Source of the DNA: Verrucomicrobiia bacterium
GTDB taxonomy: Bacteria; Verrucomicrobiota; Verrucomicrobiia; Limisphaerales; UBA11358
NCBI GenBank assembly: GCA_037138135.1
Contig: JBAXIY010000003.1
Location: 1-47,657 of the forward strand
Reading direction: 5' to 3'
DNA length: 47,657 bases
A program made the position numbers and the translations under genes. Numbering within the stretch: position 1 is the first letter of the stretch; each line of letters opens with the position of its first letter. Shown here one piece after another: positions 1 through 8,597 of this stretch. The notes under the pieces are model-generated. The model had not been told where the DNA came from. It searched no databases and was given only the letters and a program-made list of their open reading frames with translations.

Positions 1-1
1 C

Positions 2-370
2 GGCGAACAACCGCCCGAAGCCAGTTTCTCCGAGCGCGTGCGCGTGATGTGCCGGCATCTGGATTTGATGATTGAAGTTTTTGGCGAGGAACTCGGCTGC
101 CGAATGTTCCGTAAAGTCGCGCCGTGGTATGCCAAACGTTTCGGCCCGTGCCACGAATTCAATAAGAAGGTCGTGCAAGTCGCGACCAAAGCGCAATTCC
201 ACGAGATTCTGGAAAGCTACATCCGCTGGCGAAAACAATTTTTGGATGAACGCGGCGAACTGCTGCCGCGTTTTCAACAAGCACCGCTAGTGGCGTCCTT
301 CATGCGCGAACCGGATTCAACCACGCGCACGCACATTCCCGTTCCGAAAGGGCCGGTGGAAGTTTGGTGA
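2..370 (+). CDS. tRNA-dihydrouridine synthase (DusB-like), C-terminal part, truncated by window edge
   Basis: Frame open from base 2. Translation GEQPPEAS..ERVRVMCRH..FGEELGCRMFRKVAPWYAK resembles the Dus C-terminal helical domain. Confidence 0.65.
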   Translation, partial: GEQPPEASFSERVRVMCRHLDLMIEVFGEELGCRMFRKVAPWYAKRFGPCHEFNKKVVQVATKAQFHEILESYIRWRKQFLDERGELLPRFQQAPLVASFMREPDSTTRTHIPVPKGPVEVW

Positions 371-373
371 GAA

Positions 374-1915
374 CTAATAAACCCGACGCAGATTTGACGG
401 CAGGATTCCCAGTTCGTCGCGGTATTTCGCCACGGTGCGGCGCGCAATGTTGATTCCCTTCGCCGTCAGCATCTTCACCACTTCCTGATCGGACAACGGC
501 TTGGCGGTGTCCTCGGCCTTGAAAATTTCGGCGATCATGTCCTTGACGCTCGTGTTGGAAACGTCGGCGCCATTGGCGTTTTGCAGGCCGGCGGTGAAAA
601 AGTATTTCATCTCAAACACGCCCTGCGGCGTTTGGATGTATTTGCCCGAAACGGCGCGGCTCACGGTGGTCTCGTGCACGCCGACAACATCGGCAACTTG
701 CGACATCGTCATCGGCTTGAGATGCGCAACGCCTTTTTCCATGAACTCGCGTTGGCGTTTGACGATTTCCTTGCCGATGTTGCAGATGGTCGTCTGGCGT
801 TGGTGCAAACTCTTGATGAGAAATTTTCCGGCGCGAATTTTTTCGCGGATGTAATTTTTCACTTCCGCATTGTTTTCGCCGGCGGACATCAAATCCTTGT
901 AAACATTGCTGATGCGCAGATGCGGAATCTGCTCGTCGTTGGTCGTGACGGTGAAATCGTCGCCGTTCTTCACCACAAAAACTTCCGGCGCGACGTATTG
1001 CTCGACAACCGGCAGAAAGGCGCGACCAGGTCGCGGTTCCAGCCGGCCAATGCGCGCAAGGGCTTCCTGAACGTCGTCCACGTCTTGCCCGGTGCCGCGC
1101 GCGATTTCGGGAATTTTCCGTTTGCCGAGCGCCTCCATGTGGTCGCGGATGATGCGATACTCAAGGGTTTCCTGTTTGCCGGCGCGTTCGAGTTGGAGCA
1201 TCAGACATTCGCGCAAATTCCGTGCCCCAACGCCAGCGGGCTCAAATCCTTGAACTACTTTCAGCACCGCCAGAATTTTATCCCCTGGAAGATTGGTGGT
1301 GCCGGCCAGTTCCTCGACCGTAGCCATGAGATAGCCAAAATCATCAATATTGCCGATGAGCAATTCCGCCACTCCAGAATCTTCTCCGCTCAAATTGGTG
1401 TCCCGCACCTGTTCCATCAAGTGTTGCGCCAGCGACGCCTCAACGGTGATGGAGTTGAACATGAACTCACGCTTTTCTTCGTCCTCGGCGGAAGAACGCG
1501 TCACGGTGTTCGCCTGTGAAAAATGGTCGCGCCAGTCTTGATCCATCTGCACCAGCTTTTCAAATTCAGCCTGAAAATCGTCCGCCGACTCATTTGCCAC
1601 CCGTTCGGCAGCGGCGTCAAATTTCAAATCCTCCGGCGGTTCGGCAGGATCAGCCGTCATTGAAATTTCAGTTTCGTCACCACCAGAGGCGTCTTCGGCA
1701 GCGGCAGACGCCTCCCGCATGTCTGATTCCTGCTCCGGCACTTCTTCGAGAACGGGGTTTTGCTGGAGTTCCTGCTCGACCAGCGCTTTGAGTTCCAACG
1801 AGGGAGCCTGCAGCAACGCCAGCGATTGCTGGAGTTGCGGCGCCAGCACCATCGATTGCGTCAGTCTTTGCGAGAGTTGTAAGCCAGGTCCCATCTGCGC
1901 GGCAACATAACTCAA
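374..1915 (-). CDS. rpoN: RNA polymerase sigma-54 factor
   Basis: Q/L-rich region I (LAPQLQQSLALLQ), HETTVSRA helix-turn-helix, RpoN box ARRTVAKYR. Start is TTG 1915 or ATG 1894. Confidence 0.98.
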   Translation of the reverse strand: MSYVAAQMGPGLQLSQRLTQSMVLAPQLQQSLALLQAPSLELKALVEQELQQNPVLEEVPEQESDMREASAAAEDASGGDETEISMTADPAEPPEDLKFDAAAERVANESADDFQAEFEKLVQMDQDWRDHFSQANTVTRSSAEDEEKREFMFNSITVEASLAQHLMEQVRDTNLSGEDSGVAELLIGNIDDFGYLMATVEELAGTTNLPGDKILAVLKVVQGFEPAGVGARNLRECLMLQLERAGKQETLEYRIIRDHMEALGKRKIPEIARGTGQDVDDVQEALARIGRLEPRPGRAFLPVVEQYVAPEVFVVKNGDDFTVTTNDEQIPHLRISNVYKDLMSAGENNAEVKNYIREKIRAGKFLIKSLHQRQTTICNIGKEIVKRQREFMEKGVAHLKPMTMSQVADVVGVHETTVSRAVSGKYIQTPQGVFEMKYFFTAGLQNANGADVSNTSVKDMIAEIFKAEDTAKPLSDQEVVKMLTAKGINIARRTVAKYRDELGILPSNLRRVY

Positions 1916-1938
1916 TCCCTTGGAATCTCAAGCGATTT

Positions 1939-1954
1939 TGGCATGAATCCCGCT
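1939..1954 (+). promoter_or_regulatory. putative sigma-54 -24/-12 promoter upstream of hpf
   Basis: TGGCATGAATCCCGCT has exact GG-N10-GC spacing and a good -24 element, about 60 nt upstream of the hpf ATG. The -12 element is imperfect (CCGC vs TTGC). Confidence 0.5.
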
Positions 1955-2015
1955 GTAAATATTTCACCAAAAGGAAAAACTGGATTTTCCTGAGCTGAGG
2001 GCGCATCCTTTTTCT

Positions 2016-2366
2016 ATGAAACTGATTCTCTCCACCCACAATGTCACGCTAACCAAGGCGATTGAAGACCATGTCATCGCCCGGCTCGAGAAATTGGATC
2101 ACATGGATCAACGCATCGTGGACGCGCGCGTCACACTCGAACACGACAACACCCGCGTGCCGGAAAAACAGTTCAGCTGCTCCATCCGCCTCGGCGTGCG
2201 CGGACCGGACTTGTTCGCCAAGGACATCGAAAGCGACCTTTACGCGGCGATTGATGCCGTTGAGAAAAAAATCGAAGCGCAAATCCGCAAACGCCACAGC
2301 AAGGTCAAAGCAGCGAAACATAAAGTTGGCGCCCGTTCCAAACGCACCCGGCAGGAAGCGGATTAA
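2016..2366 (+). CDS. hpf: ribosome hibernation promoting factor / RaiA (sigma-54 modulation protein)
   Basis: HNVTLTKAIEDHV...DLYAAID..EKKIEAQIRK; adjacent to rpoN. Confidence 0.93.
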   Translation: MKLILSTHNVTLTKAIEDHVIARLEKLDHMDQRIVDARVTLEHDNTRVPEKQFSCSIRLGVRGPDLFAKDIESDLYAAIDAVEKKIEAQIRKRHSKVKAAKHKVGARSKRTRQEAD

Positions 2367-2369
2367 GCA

Positions 2370-3617
2370 ATGATTTTACGGGCAAAAATAATTCTTCCAA
2401 TCACCGCGCCGCCCATCGAGGACGGCGCGGTTTTGATTGATGGCAATAAAATCCGCGCCGTCACGGCGTGGAAAGATTTGCGCCCGCACCAGCGCGAAAA
2501 AGTTCTCGACCTTGGCGAAGTCATACTCCTGCCCGGCCTCGTCAACGCCCATTGCCACCTTGATTACACCGACATGGCTGGTGAACTTTCGCCACCCAAA
2601 GCCTTTACCGAATGGATTGCGGCCATCACCGCGCATAAGACCGGCTGGAGTTATTCCGATTACGCCCGCTCGTGGCTACGCGGCGCACATCAACTTTTGA
2701 AAACCGGCACGACTACCGTCGCCGATATCGAGTGCATGCCTGATTTGCTCCCCGAAGTTTGGGACGCGACGCCGCTGCGCATTTTTTCCTTTCTCGAAAT
2801 GACCGGTATCAAGTCGCGTCGCGCGCCCAAAGACATCTTGCGCGAAGCTGTGGTGACGATGGATTCGCTCAAACATCCACGCCATCGTGCTGCACTTTCG
2901 CCGCACGCCCCCTACTCTACTTTGCCGGAACTGTTGCGCCTCACCGCCCGCACTGCGCAAAAACGTAAATGGCGCGTCAGCATCCACGTCGCCGAATCCA
3001 CGCAGGAATTCAACATGTTCCAAAATGCGGAAGGCGAAATGCACGACTGGCTCAAACGCAACGAACGCGACAATTCCGACTGCGGCCTCGGCTCGCCCGT
3101 CGCGCATCTGGCGCGAAATAAATTGCTCGGCGAAAATGTTCTCGCCATCCACGTCAACTGCCTTGCGCGCGGCGACGCCACCTTGCTCGCGAAAAATAAA
3201 ACCCACGTCGTCCACTGCCCGCGCAGCCACGACTATTTCAAACATCCAAAGTTTGAGCGCGAACGCCTCGCCAATGCCGGCGTGAATCTTTGTCTCGGCA
3301 CCGACAGCCTCGCCACCACGCGCAAAACCGGAAAACAAAAACCGGAACTGGATATGTTTGCGGAAATGCGCGCTCTGGCCGATGCCGACCCAAAACTTTC
3401 TCCGGAAACGATTTTGCAGATGGCTACCCTCAACGGCGCACGCGCCCTCGGTTTGGCTGGAAAAATCGGCACGCTGTCGCCCGGGGCCTTGGCGGATTTA
3501 ATAGCGATTCCTGCTCGCGACAATCCGGACAAACTTTACGAATCCGTTTTGGGTAACGCCGGCAATGTCACCGCCAGCATGATTGAAGGCCGCTGGGCTA
3601 TTCCGCCGGTTCATTAA
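2370..3617 (+). CDS. metal-dependent amidohydrolase (nucleoside deaminase-like; possibly aminodeoxyfutalosine/MTA deaminase)
   Basis: LPGLVNAHCHLD, PHAPYS, IHVAES, HCPRS, LGTDS and ATLNGARALG motifs. Confidence 0.85.
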   Translation: MILRAKIILPITAPPIEDGAVLIDGNKIRAVTAWKDLRPHQREKVLDLGEVILLPGLVNAHCHLDYTDMAGELSPPKAFTEWIAAITAHKTGWSYSDYARSWLRGAHQLLKTGTTTVADIECMPDLLPEVWDATPLRIFSFLEMTGIKSRRAPKDILREAVVTMDSLKHPRHRAALSPHAPYSTLPELLRLTARTAQKRKWRVSIHVAESTQEFNMFQNAEGEMHDWLKRNERDNSDCGLGSPVAHLARNKLLGENVLAIHVNCLARGDATLLAKNKTHVVHCPRSHDYFKHPKFERERLANAGVNLCLGTDSLATTRKTGKQKPELDMFAEMRALADADPKLSPETILQMATLNGARALGLAGKIGTLSPGALADLIAIPARDNPDKLYESVLGNAGNVTASMIEGRWAIPPVH

Positions 3618-3644
3618 GCGGGCAAAACCTTTCCTGAGTGGTTT

Positions 3645-4802
3645 TTAAATTCCCCGATTCGCCCGCCACAACAACACCGCGCCGACGGCTTGGAAGATGA
3701 AGTTAGGCAGCCAAAAAATCAGGTGCGGATAAAATTCTGGCCGCGACGCCAGCGATTGTCCCAACATGATAAAGGCGTAATACACCAGCACCAGAATCAA
3801 CGCGATAGCGATGCCGATGTTCGTCTCGCGCCGGTGAACGCGGATGCCCAGCGGAATGCCGACCAGCGTAAAACCAAAACAGGCAAACGAAAACGCCACT
3901 TCACGATTCATCGCCACGCGCACCGGTTCAGTAAAGTCTTTCTGCTGCCGCAACCCTTTCAGTTGCGCGCGAAAGCCGTCCGGTGAATTGGTGCCGACGG
4001 GCAGACGTAAGTTTTCCAGCGTGCGTAGTTCTTCCCGCAGTTGCAGAAACGTCATGTCATTGATGCTCGGCTTATTCACGCGGTTGGTCGCCTGACTCAT
4101 GCTTAAATTCAAGGTCAGCGAGGGGAAAGAATTAATCGCGTCGCCATGCTCGCCGACGGTGACGCTCGTCGCGTCATACAAATCCAGAATCAACTGGTTG
4201 TTCGCGCGATCCGGCTTGAGCTGGCCGCTCGGTGCGCGCAAGGTCGTGTCCACATTCGTATCGTTTTGCAACCGATAAATCATCACGTTCTTCAACTTGC
4301 CACCGTCGTTTTTCTCGACGTAAAAAATGTAGCCTTTGAAATCCGTGATGAACCGGCCGGCGGGTAGTTGTGCGTTGATGATTTCTGCGCGGAGTTCGCG
4401 GATCATGCCGAGATAGGCCACGCGGCAGCGCGGGCCGAGTTCCATGTTGAACCACGCGCTCAACGTGCAGCAGAACAAGCTCAACAACAGCACCGGCATG
4501 ATGAGCGACATGAGGCTGACGCCGCTGGCCCGCGCCGCCGTGAGTTCCTGATCCGCACTGAACCGGCCAAACACCAGCAGCGTGGCTGTGAGCATTCCCA
4601 TCGGCAGCGCGAAAACCCAGACGAACGGAATCAAATAAAGGATCGCCTTCACCATCAGCAGTGGACTGACGTGGCTGCTGGCGAGCAGCGTGAGGATTTC
4701 ACGCAGCGCATTACCAATCAGCAGCACGGCGGTGAACACCGCCACCGTGAGGAGCAGCGTGACGAAGACCTGACCGACGAGATATTTTTGCAGTGTTTTC
4801 AA
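3645..4802 (-). CDS. LptF/LptG family LPS export ABC permease
   Basis: 3 TM + periplasmic beta domain + 3 TM; LPMGML...[19 protein letters not shown] and WLPN motifs; TTG start. Confidence 0.9.
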   Translation of the reverse strand: MKTLQKYLVGQVFVTLLLTVAVFTAVLLIGNALREILTLLASSHVSPLLMVKAILYLIPFVWVFALPMGMLTATLLVFGRFSADQELTAARASGVSLMSLIMPVLLLSLFCCTLSAWFNMELGPRCRVAYLGMIRELRAEIINAQLPAGRFITDFKGYIFYVEKNDGGKLKNVMIYRLQNDTNVDTTLRAPSGQLKPDRANNQLILDLYDATSVTVGEHGDAINSFPSLTLNLSMSQATNRVNKPSINDMTFLQLREELRTLENLRLPVGTNSPDGFRAQLKGLRQQKDFTEPVRVAMNREVAFSFACFGFTLVGIPLGIRVHRRETNIGIAIALILVLVYYAFIMLGQSLASRPEFYPHLIFWLPNFIFQAVGAVLLWRANRGI

Positions 4803-4851
4803 TGGATGTTGCCGAGCGCAAAGTGACGGATTTGCCAGCCTTGCGCCAGTG

Positions 4852-4888
4852 AAAATAAAAACGGCGACCGACTGGTGCCGATCGCCGT
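4852..4888 (-). terminator. intrinsic terminator closing the cytochrome cluster
   Basis: Minus-strand stem ACGGCGAUCGG / UCGGUCGCCGU followed by UUUUAUUUU, 30 nt after the stop at 4919. Confidence 0.75.
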
Positions 4889-4918
4889 GGATAATATTTT
4901 CGCCGACAATTAACGGTT

Positions 4919-5710
4919 TTACTCCACCGTCACTTGGGCGTCGTCCAGAATCACGGTGTATTTGTAGCCTGCACCGAAGTCCTTGTTCAAAGTAACGATG
5001 CCGGTCACCAGCACGGTGTCGCCGAGTTTGGCCGGAGTGCTGGTGGTGACGGTCAAATCGTTGTCGCTTTTATCGGCGCTACCGGAGCCGTCGCGGATGT
5101 GCAGCCAGTTTTTGCCCATGATCTGGGCGTTATACTTGACGACTTTGCCGCGCACGGAAACGGATTTTCCCGCGAGCATTTTCTGGCCGGAAAAGATTTC
5201 CGAAACGGTTTTGCCACCGTCGGCGCGCTTGATGGCGGTCAAGTCAACCTTGGCGGGAGCGGCGGCGGCGGGCTGACCGGTGAGCGAGGGGTGACCTGGT
5301 GGCAAGGCCGGAGCGGGCGCGTCGGTTAACGGCGGATGGCCGGGCGGCAACGCGGTCGCGGGGGCAACGGCGGCGGCGTCATTGACGGTGATGCTGCCGG
5401 TGAAATAGACGACATCAAAATCGCGCTTGAGCGATTGGCTGTGGTAATTGGGCATCGGCATGGCGGCACTGACGGCAACGGCATCGCCGACCTTCACGGC
5501 GAATTGCGTGGTGGCCGCCCACAATTTGTTGCTGCCGGTATCCACGCGCACATAGGTGTAGCCAGAAGTGTTCATGGCCTCGACGACTTTTCCAGAAAAG
5601 CTGGTGGCTTCCGCAGCCGCAACAGGAGCAGTCGCCGCGTCTTGGGCGGTGACGAATGGAACGGGGGCAAACAGCCCGGCGAGGAGGATGAGGTGTTTCA
5701 GGTTTTTCAT
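4919..5710 (-). CDS. NrfJ-like exported double OB-fold protein with two LPPGHP motifs
   Basis: Signal peptide; [21 protein letters not shown] and [23 protein letters not shown] domains separated by a Pro/Ala linker. Confidence 0.65.
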   Translation of the reverse strand: MKNLKHLILLAGLFAPVPFVTAQDAATAPVAAAEATSFSGKVVEAMNTSGYTYVRVDTGSNKLWAATTQFAVKVGDAVAVSAAMPMPNYHSQSLKRDFDVVYFTGSITVNDAAAVAPATALPPGHPPLTDAPAPALPPGHPSLTGQPAAAAPAKVDLTAIKRADGGKTVSEIFSGQKMLAGKSVSVRGKVVKYNAQIMGKNWLHIRDGSGSADKSDNDLTVTTSTPAKLGDTVLVTGIVTLNKDFGAGYKYTVILDDAQVTVE

Positions 5711-5779
5711 AAAAGTTTTTTTAGTCTAATTCTTTCTACCGGTCATAACAATAATTTGCGATTTTTCGGCCGCATATCT

Positions 5780-7540
5780 TCAATAGCTTTTGGCATTGTG
5801 TGCTTTATTTTGCCCTGAAGCATCATGGCAACTCAAGGTGCAGTTTCCGTGGTTGACGCCGGTAGAAGTGTATTTCAAAACCCCATTACGCGGCAGGACG
5901 TAAGTGGTATTGAAATTAATCAGGTGCGGCTGACCGGCAGCGTGAGAGTCATGGCAGGTCGTGCAGGCGGCTCTGAATTCCTCAATGTGTTTGCGGTGAT
6001 AACGCCAGCTCGTGGTCTGCTCGCTGTCCACCACCGTGCTGCTATGGCACTTGTAGCACAACGCAAAATTCGCCTGATTATAGGCCGTGCCATCCGTCAA
6101 CAATTGCCGGCGCTCGAGCAACGGAATGTAGGCGGAACCGTGCGGGCCTTGGGGAACGGTGCTGCCGCCGCCCGCCGCCTGATCGTTGTTATGGCAGTCG
6201 CCGCAGTAGGTGAGACTGGAAATGGTCCACGGCAGAATGAGGCTGGGCACGAGGGAATTTTTCCCGATGGCTTCTACAGGATGAAAAGAGGTGTTGCCGA
6301 CCGTGAATTCCAAGCGCGTGTTCGTCTGGGGAAATTGCCGTTGCACCCGAGCAGGACCGCGATTGCCGCTGTCGCCGTGGCAACGGAAACATAATTCATA
6401 TTCGTTCTGGATCTGACGGACTTCGGCGCCAGCAGCATTGACACCACGCACACCAGTGAGCGAAGCCGGGGCGGCGGGTGCAATGGGCGTCACGGCGCCG
6501 GAAGATTTGGTCGCGTGCGGATTATGGCAATCTTCACACGCGACGTGGCGCGGCGAATTGATTACATCCTCGGTCGGATCATGCACCCCGGCGGTCAATT
6601 GGATGGGATGCACGCTTGCCTTGTTGAACTCGGTGGCCAGGTTCTTGGCCGCCACGGTTCCGCTGTGACAGGAGAAACAATTTTGCTGATCGGGCGTGAA
6701 ATTCAATAACCGCTTGGCGGTTTGGGCAGCGTGCGGACGATGACAATTTTCACAGGCATTGGCCGCCACCGTGGTTTGCGTCGTGTGCGGCCAGGGATTT
6801 TCCCCGGAACCATTCCAAGTGGCCGTGGAGGTGGCATGGACGGATGCGTTCCATTGATTCGGCACATGGCAATCCTGACACAAGGCCGAAGCGGTATTGG
6901 CCTTCACCAGAAAACTTCCGTATTGGTTATTATGTGGATCGTGGCAGGAAGTGCATTGCATCTGGCCGTTGCGATCCAGGCGCACGTCCTGCACCAGCAG
7001 GCTGGGATCGCGCAACTCGCCGTTGGCCGTGACCAGTGAGGAATTGTAAACGAATGATACGGGATGATGCGCAGAAAGATCGGTGCCTACCAATGTCCGG
7101 CCGGCCGGAATCGTGACCGCGCCCGAGGGCATCGCAATGGACGCCGGGCGGCTGAACACCATACCGAGCGCCACCGTGCCATCATGACAACTCAAGCACA
7201 GTTTGGAGGAACCTGTCGGCTGGCCGACGGCGGCTTTGAGGGTGGAACTGGTGTAAGGCGTGTAGGCAGCGGTGGACATCTGATGATTCCACAGCGGACC
7301 GTCCGAGGAAGCGCTGTGCGGCGCGTGGCAAAAGACACAGACATCGGCTTCGGTGGCAGAACGGATTGTTCCGGGGCCACTGATGGCAAGATTGTGTTTT
7401 GAATAGATGATGCTGTTAGGATTTTGTCCAAACGAAATCGGAACGGCGAAAAATAGACCCACCCAGCCAGTCAGCAGCAAGCACGCAAACAGCCTGTAGG
7501 CGGCCAGCGCGCGTGGGTTGAGGTCAGGCGAATTTTTCAT
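5780..7540 (-). CDS. 12-heme c-type cytochrome with N-terminal OmcE-like tetraheme module
   Basis: 11 CxxCH (CVFCH, CLSCH, CTSCH, CQDCH, CENCH, CFSCH, CEDCH, CFRCH, CGDCH, CYKCH, CTTCH) plus CTLSCH (CxxxCH); N-terminal hydrophobic signal. Confidence 0.93.
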   Translation of the reverse strand: MKNSPDLNPRALAAYRLFACLLLTGWVGLFFAVPISFGQNPNSIIYSKHNLAISGPGTIRSATEADVCVFCHAPHSASSDGPLWNHQMSTAAYTPYTSSTLKAAVGQPTGSSKLCLSCHDGTVALGMVFSRPASIAMPSGAVTIPAGRTLVGTDLSAHHPVSFVYNSSLVTANGELRDPSLLVQDVRLDRNGQMQCTSCHDPHNNQYGSFLVKANTASALCQDCHVPNQWNASVHATSTATWNGSGENPWPHTTQTTVAANACENCHRPHAAQTAKRLLNFTPDQQNCFSCHSGTVAAKNLATEFNKASVHPIQLTAGVHDPTEDVINSPRHVACEDCHNPHATKSSGAVTPIAPAAPASLTGVRGVNAAGAEVRQIQNEYELCFRCHGDSGNRGPARVQRQFPQTNTRLEFTVGNTSFHPVEAIGKNSLVPSLILPWTISSLTYCGDCHNNDQAAGGGSTVPQGPHGSAYIPLLERRQLLTDGTAYNQANFALCYKCHSSTVVDSEQTTSWRYHRKHIEEFRAACTTCHDSHAAGQPHLINFNTTYVLPRNGVLKYTSTGVNHGNCTLSCHDASGQNKAHNAKSY

Positions 7541-8595
7541 AGCTTGCCGGTGTATCGAAAAATTTGAATGCGGTGGTTGTAAGCATCGGCCACGAAGATT
7601 TCGTTCGCGGCGTTGATGGCAATGGCGTTGGGCAGCCAGAACTGGCCGGGCGCCGAACCCGCTTCACCCCAGGCTAGCAGCAGGCGGTCGCGGCCATCAA
7701 AAATCTGCACGTTGTCGAACAGCGCATCCACCACATACACATGACCAGCGTGATCCACCGCCACACCTTTGGGCCGGGTGAAGTGGCCGGGACCATCGCC
7801 CACGCTGCCAAACGCGCGCAGAAACTGGCCTTGCACGTCGAAGACCTGGATCCGCTCGTTCAAGGAATCCGTGACGTAGATGCGGCCCACATCATCCACG
7901 CTGACGTGGGTGGGAAAATTGAATTCGCCCGACCCTTTACCGCGCCGCCCAAACTTGGAAATAAATTCGCCGCGCACGCCGCAGATGACGACCTGATGCA
8001 ATTGCGAGTCCGCGATGATGAGCCGGTCGCCGGCGAGAGCCAAGCCGGTGGGACGCGCCAGTTCGTTGGTGATGGCGAACTGTAATTTGCCTTTTTCGTC
8101 AAAGGCGAGCACTTTACCCAGCGCCGAATCGGCGACGTAAAAAGTTTGCTCGCGATGCACGGCAGCGACCGGCGAAAGGAAGTGTTGTTTGCCAACGGAA
8201 TTCCAGTGGAGCCATTTTTTGTGAGTCAGGTCGAGATAGCTGACGGTATTGGCACCGGTATCGGTGACCAACAGATTGCCCGCTGCGTCCAGCGAAATTC
8301 CAAACGGCTTATCCAGATTATGTTTGTCGCCACTGACGCCGGTAATCCAGTTGGCAAAACGCATCAGCATGAAGGGTTTTACGCCAATGTCGGCGGGGCC
8401 GGCAATGGCGCGAACATAAACGATGTAAGGTTCGGCGGGCGGCGGCGGCCAGGCGGGTGCATTGGTCGCGGAGGGAGCGGCGAATCCGATTCCGACGGCG
8501 AACAGCCAGAGCCAGACCGCGATCCAAACGCGCAGCCCACAGCGCGTCGGGCGCAGCGGATTCGTCGGCGGTTGAGATTGAAAAATCGGCGGCAT
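7537..8595 (-). CDS. NHL-repeat 6-bladed beta-propeller, exported
   Basis: Repeated F..P.GVAVD..G.VYV.D..N.RIQVFD units; WPPPPAEP N-terminal motif; 4-nt overlap with the next gene. Confidence 0.92.
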   Translation of the reverse strand: MPPIFQSQPPTNPLRPTRCGLRVWIAVWLWLFAVGIGFAAPSATNAPAWPPPPAEPYIVYVRAIAGPADIGVKPFMLMRFANWITGVSGDKHNLDKPFGISLDAAGNLLVTDTGANTVSYLDLTHKKWLHWNSVGKQHFLSPVAAVHREQTFYVADSALGKVLAFDEKGKLQFAITNELARPTGLALAGDRLIIADSQLHQVVICGVRGEFISKFGRRGKGSGEFNFPTHVSVDDVGRIYVTDSLNERIQVFDVQGQFLRAFGSVGDGPGHFTRPKGVAVDHAGHVYVVDALFDNVQIFDGRDRLLLAWGEAGSAPGQFWLPNAIAINAANEIFVADAYNHRIQIFRYTGKL

Positions 8596-8597
8596 GG

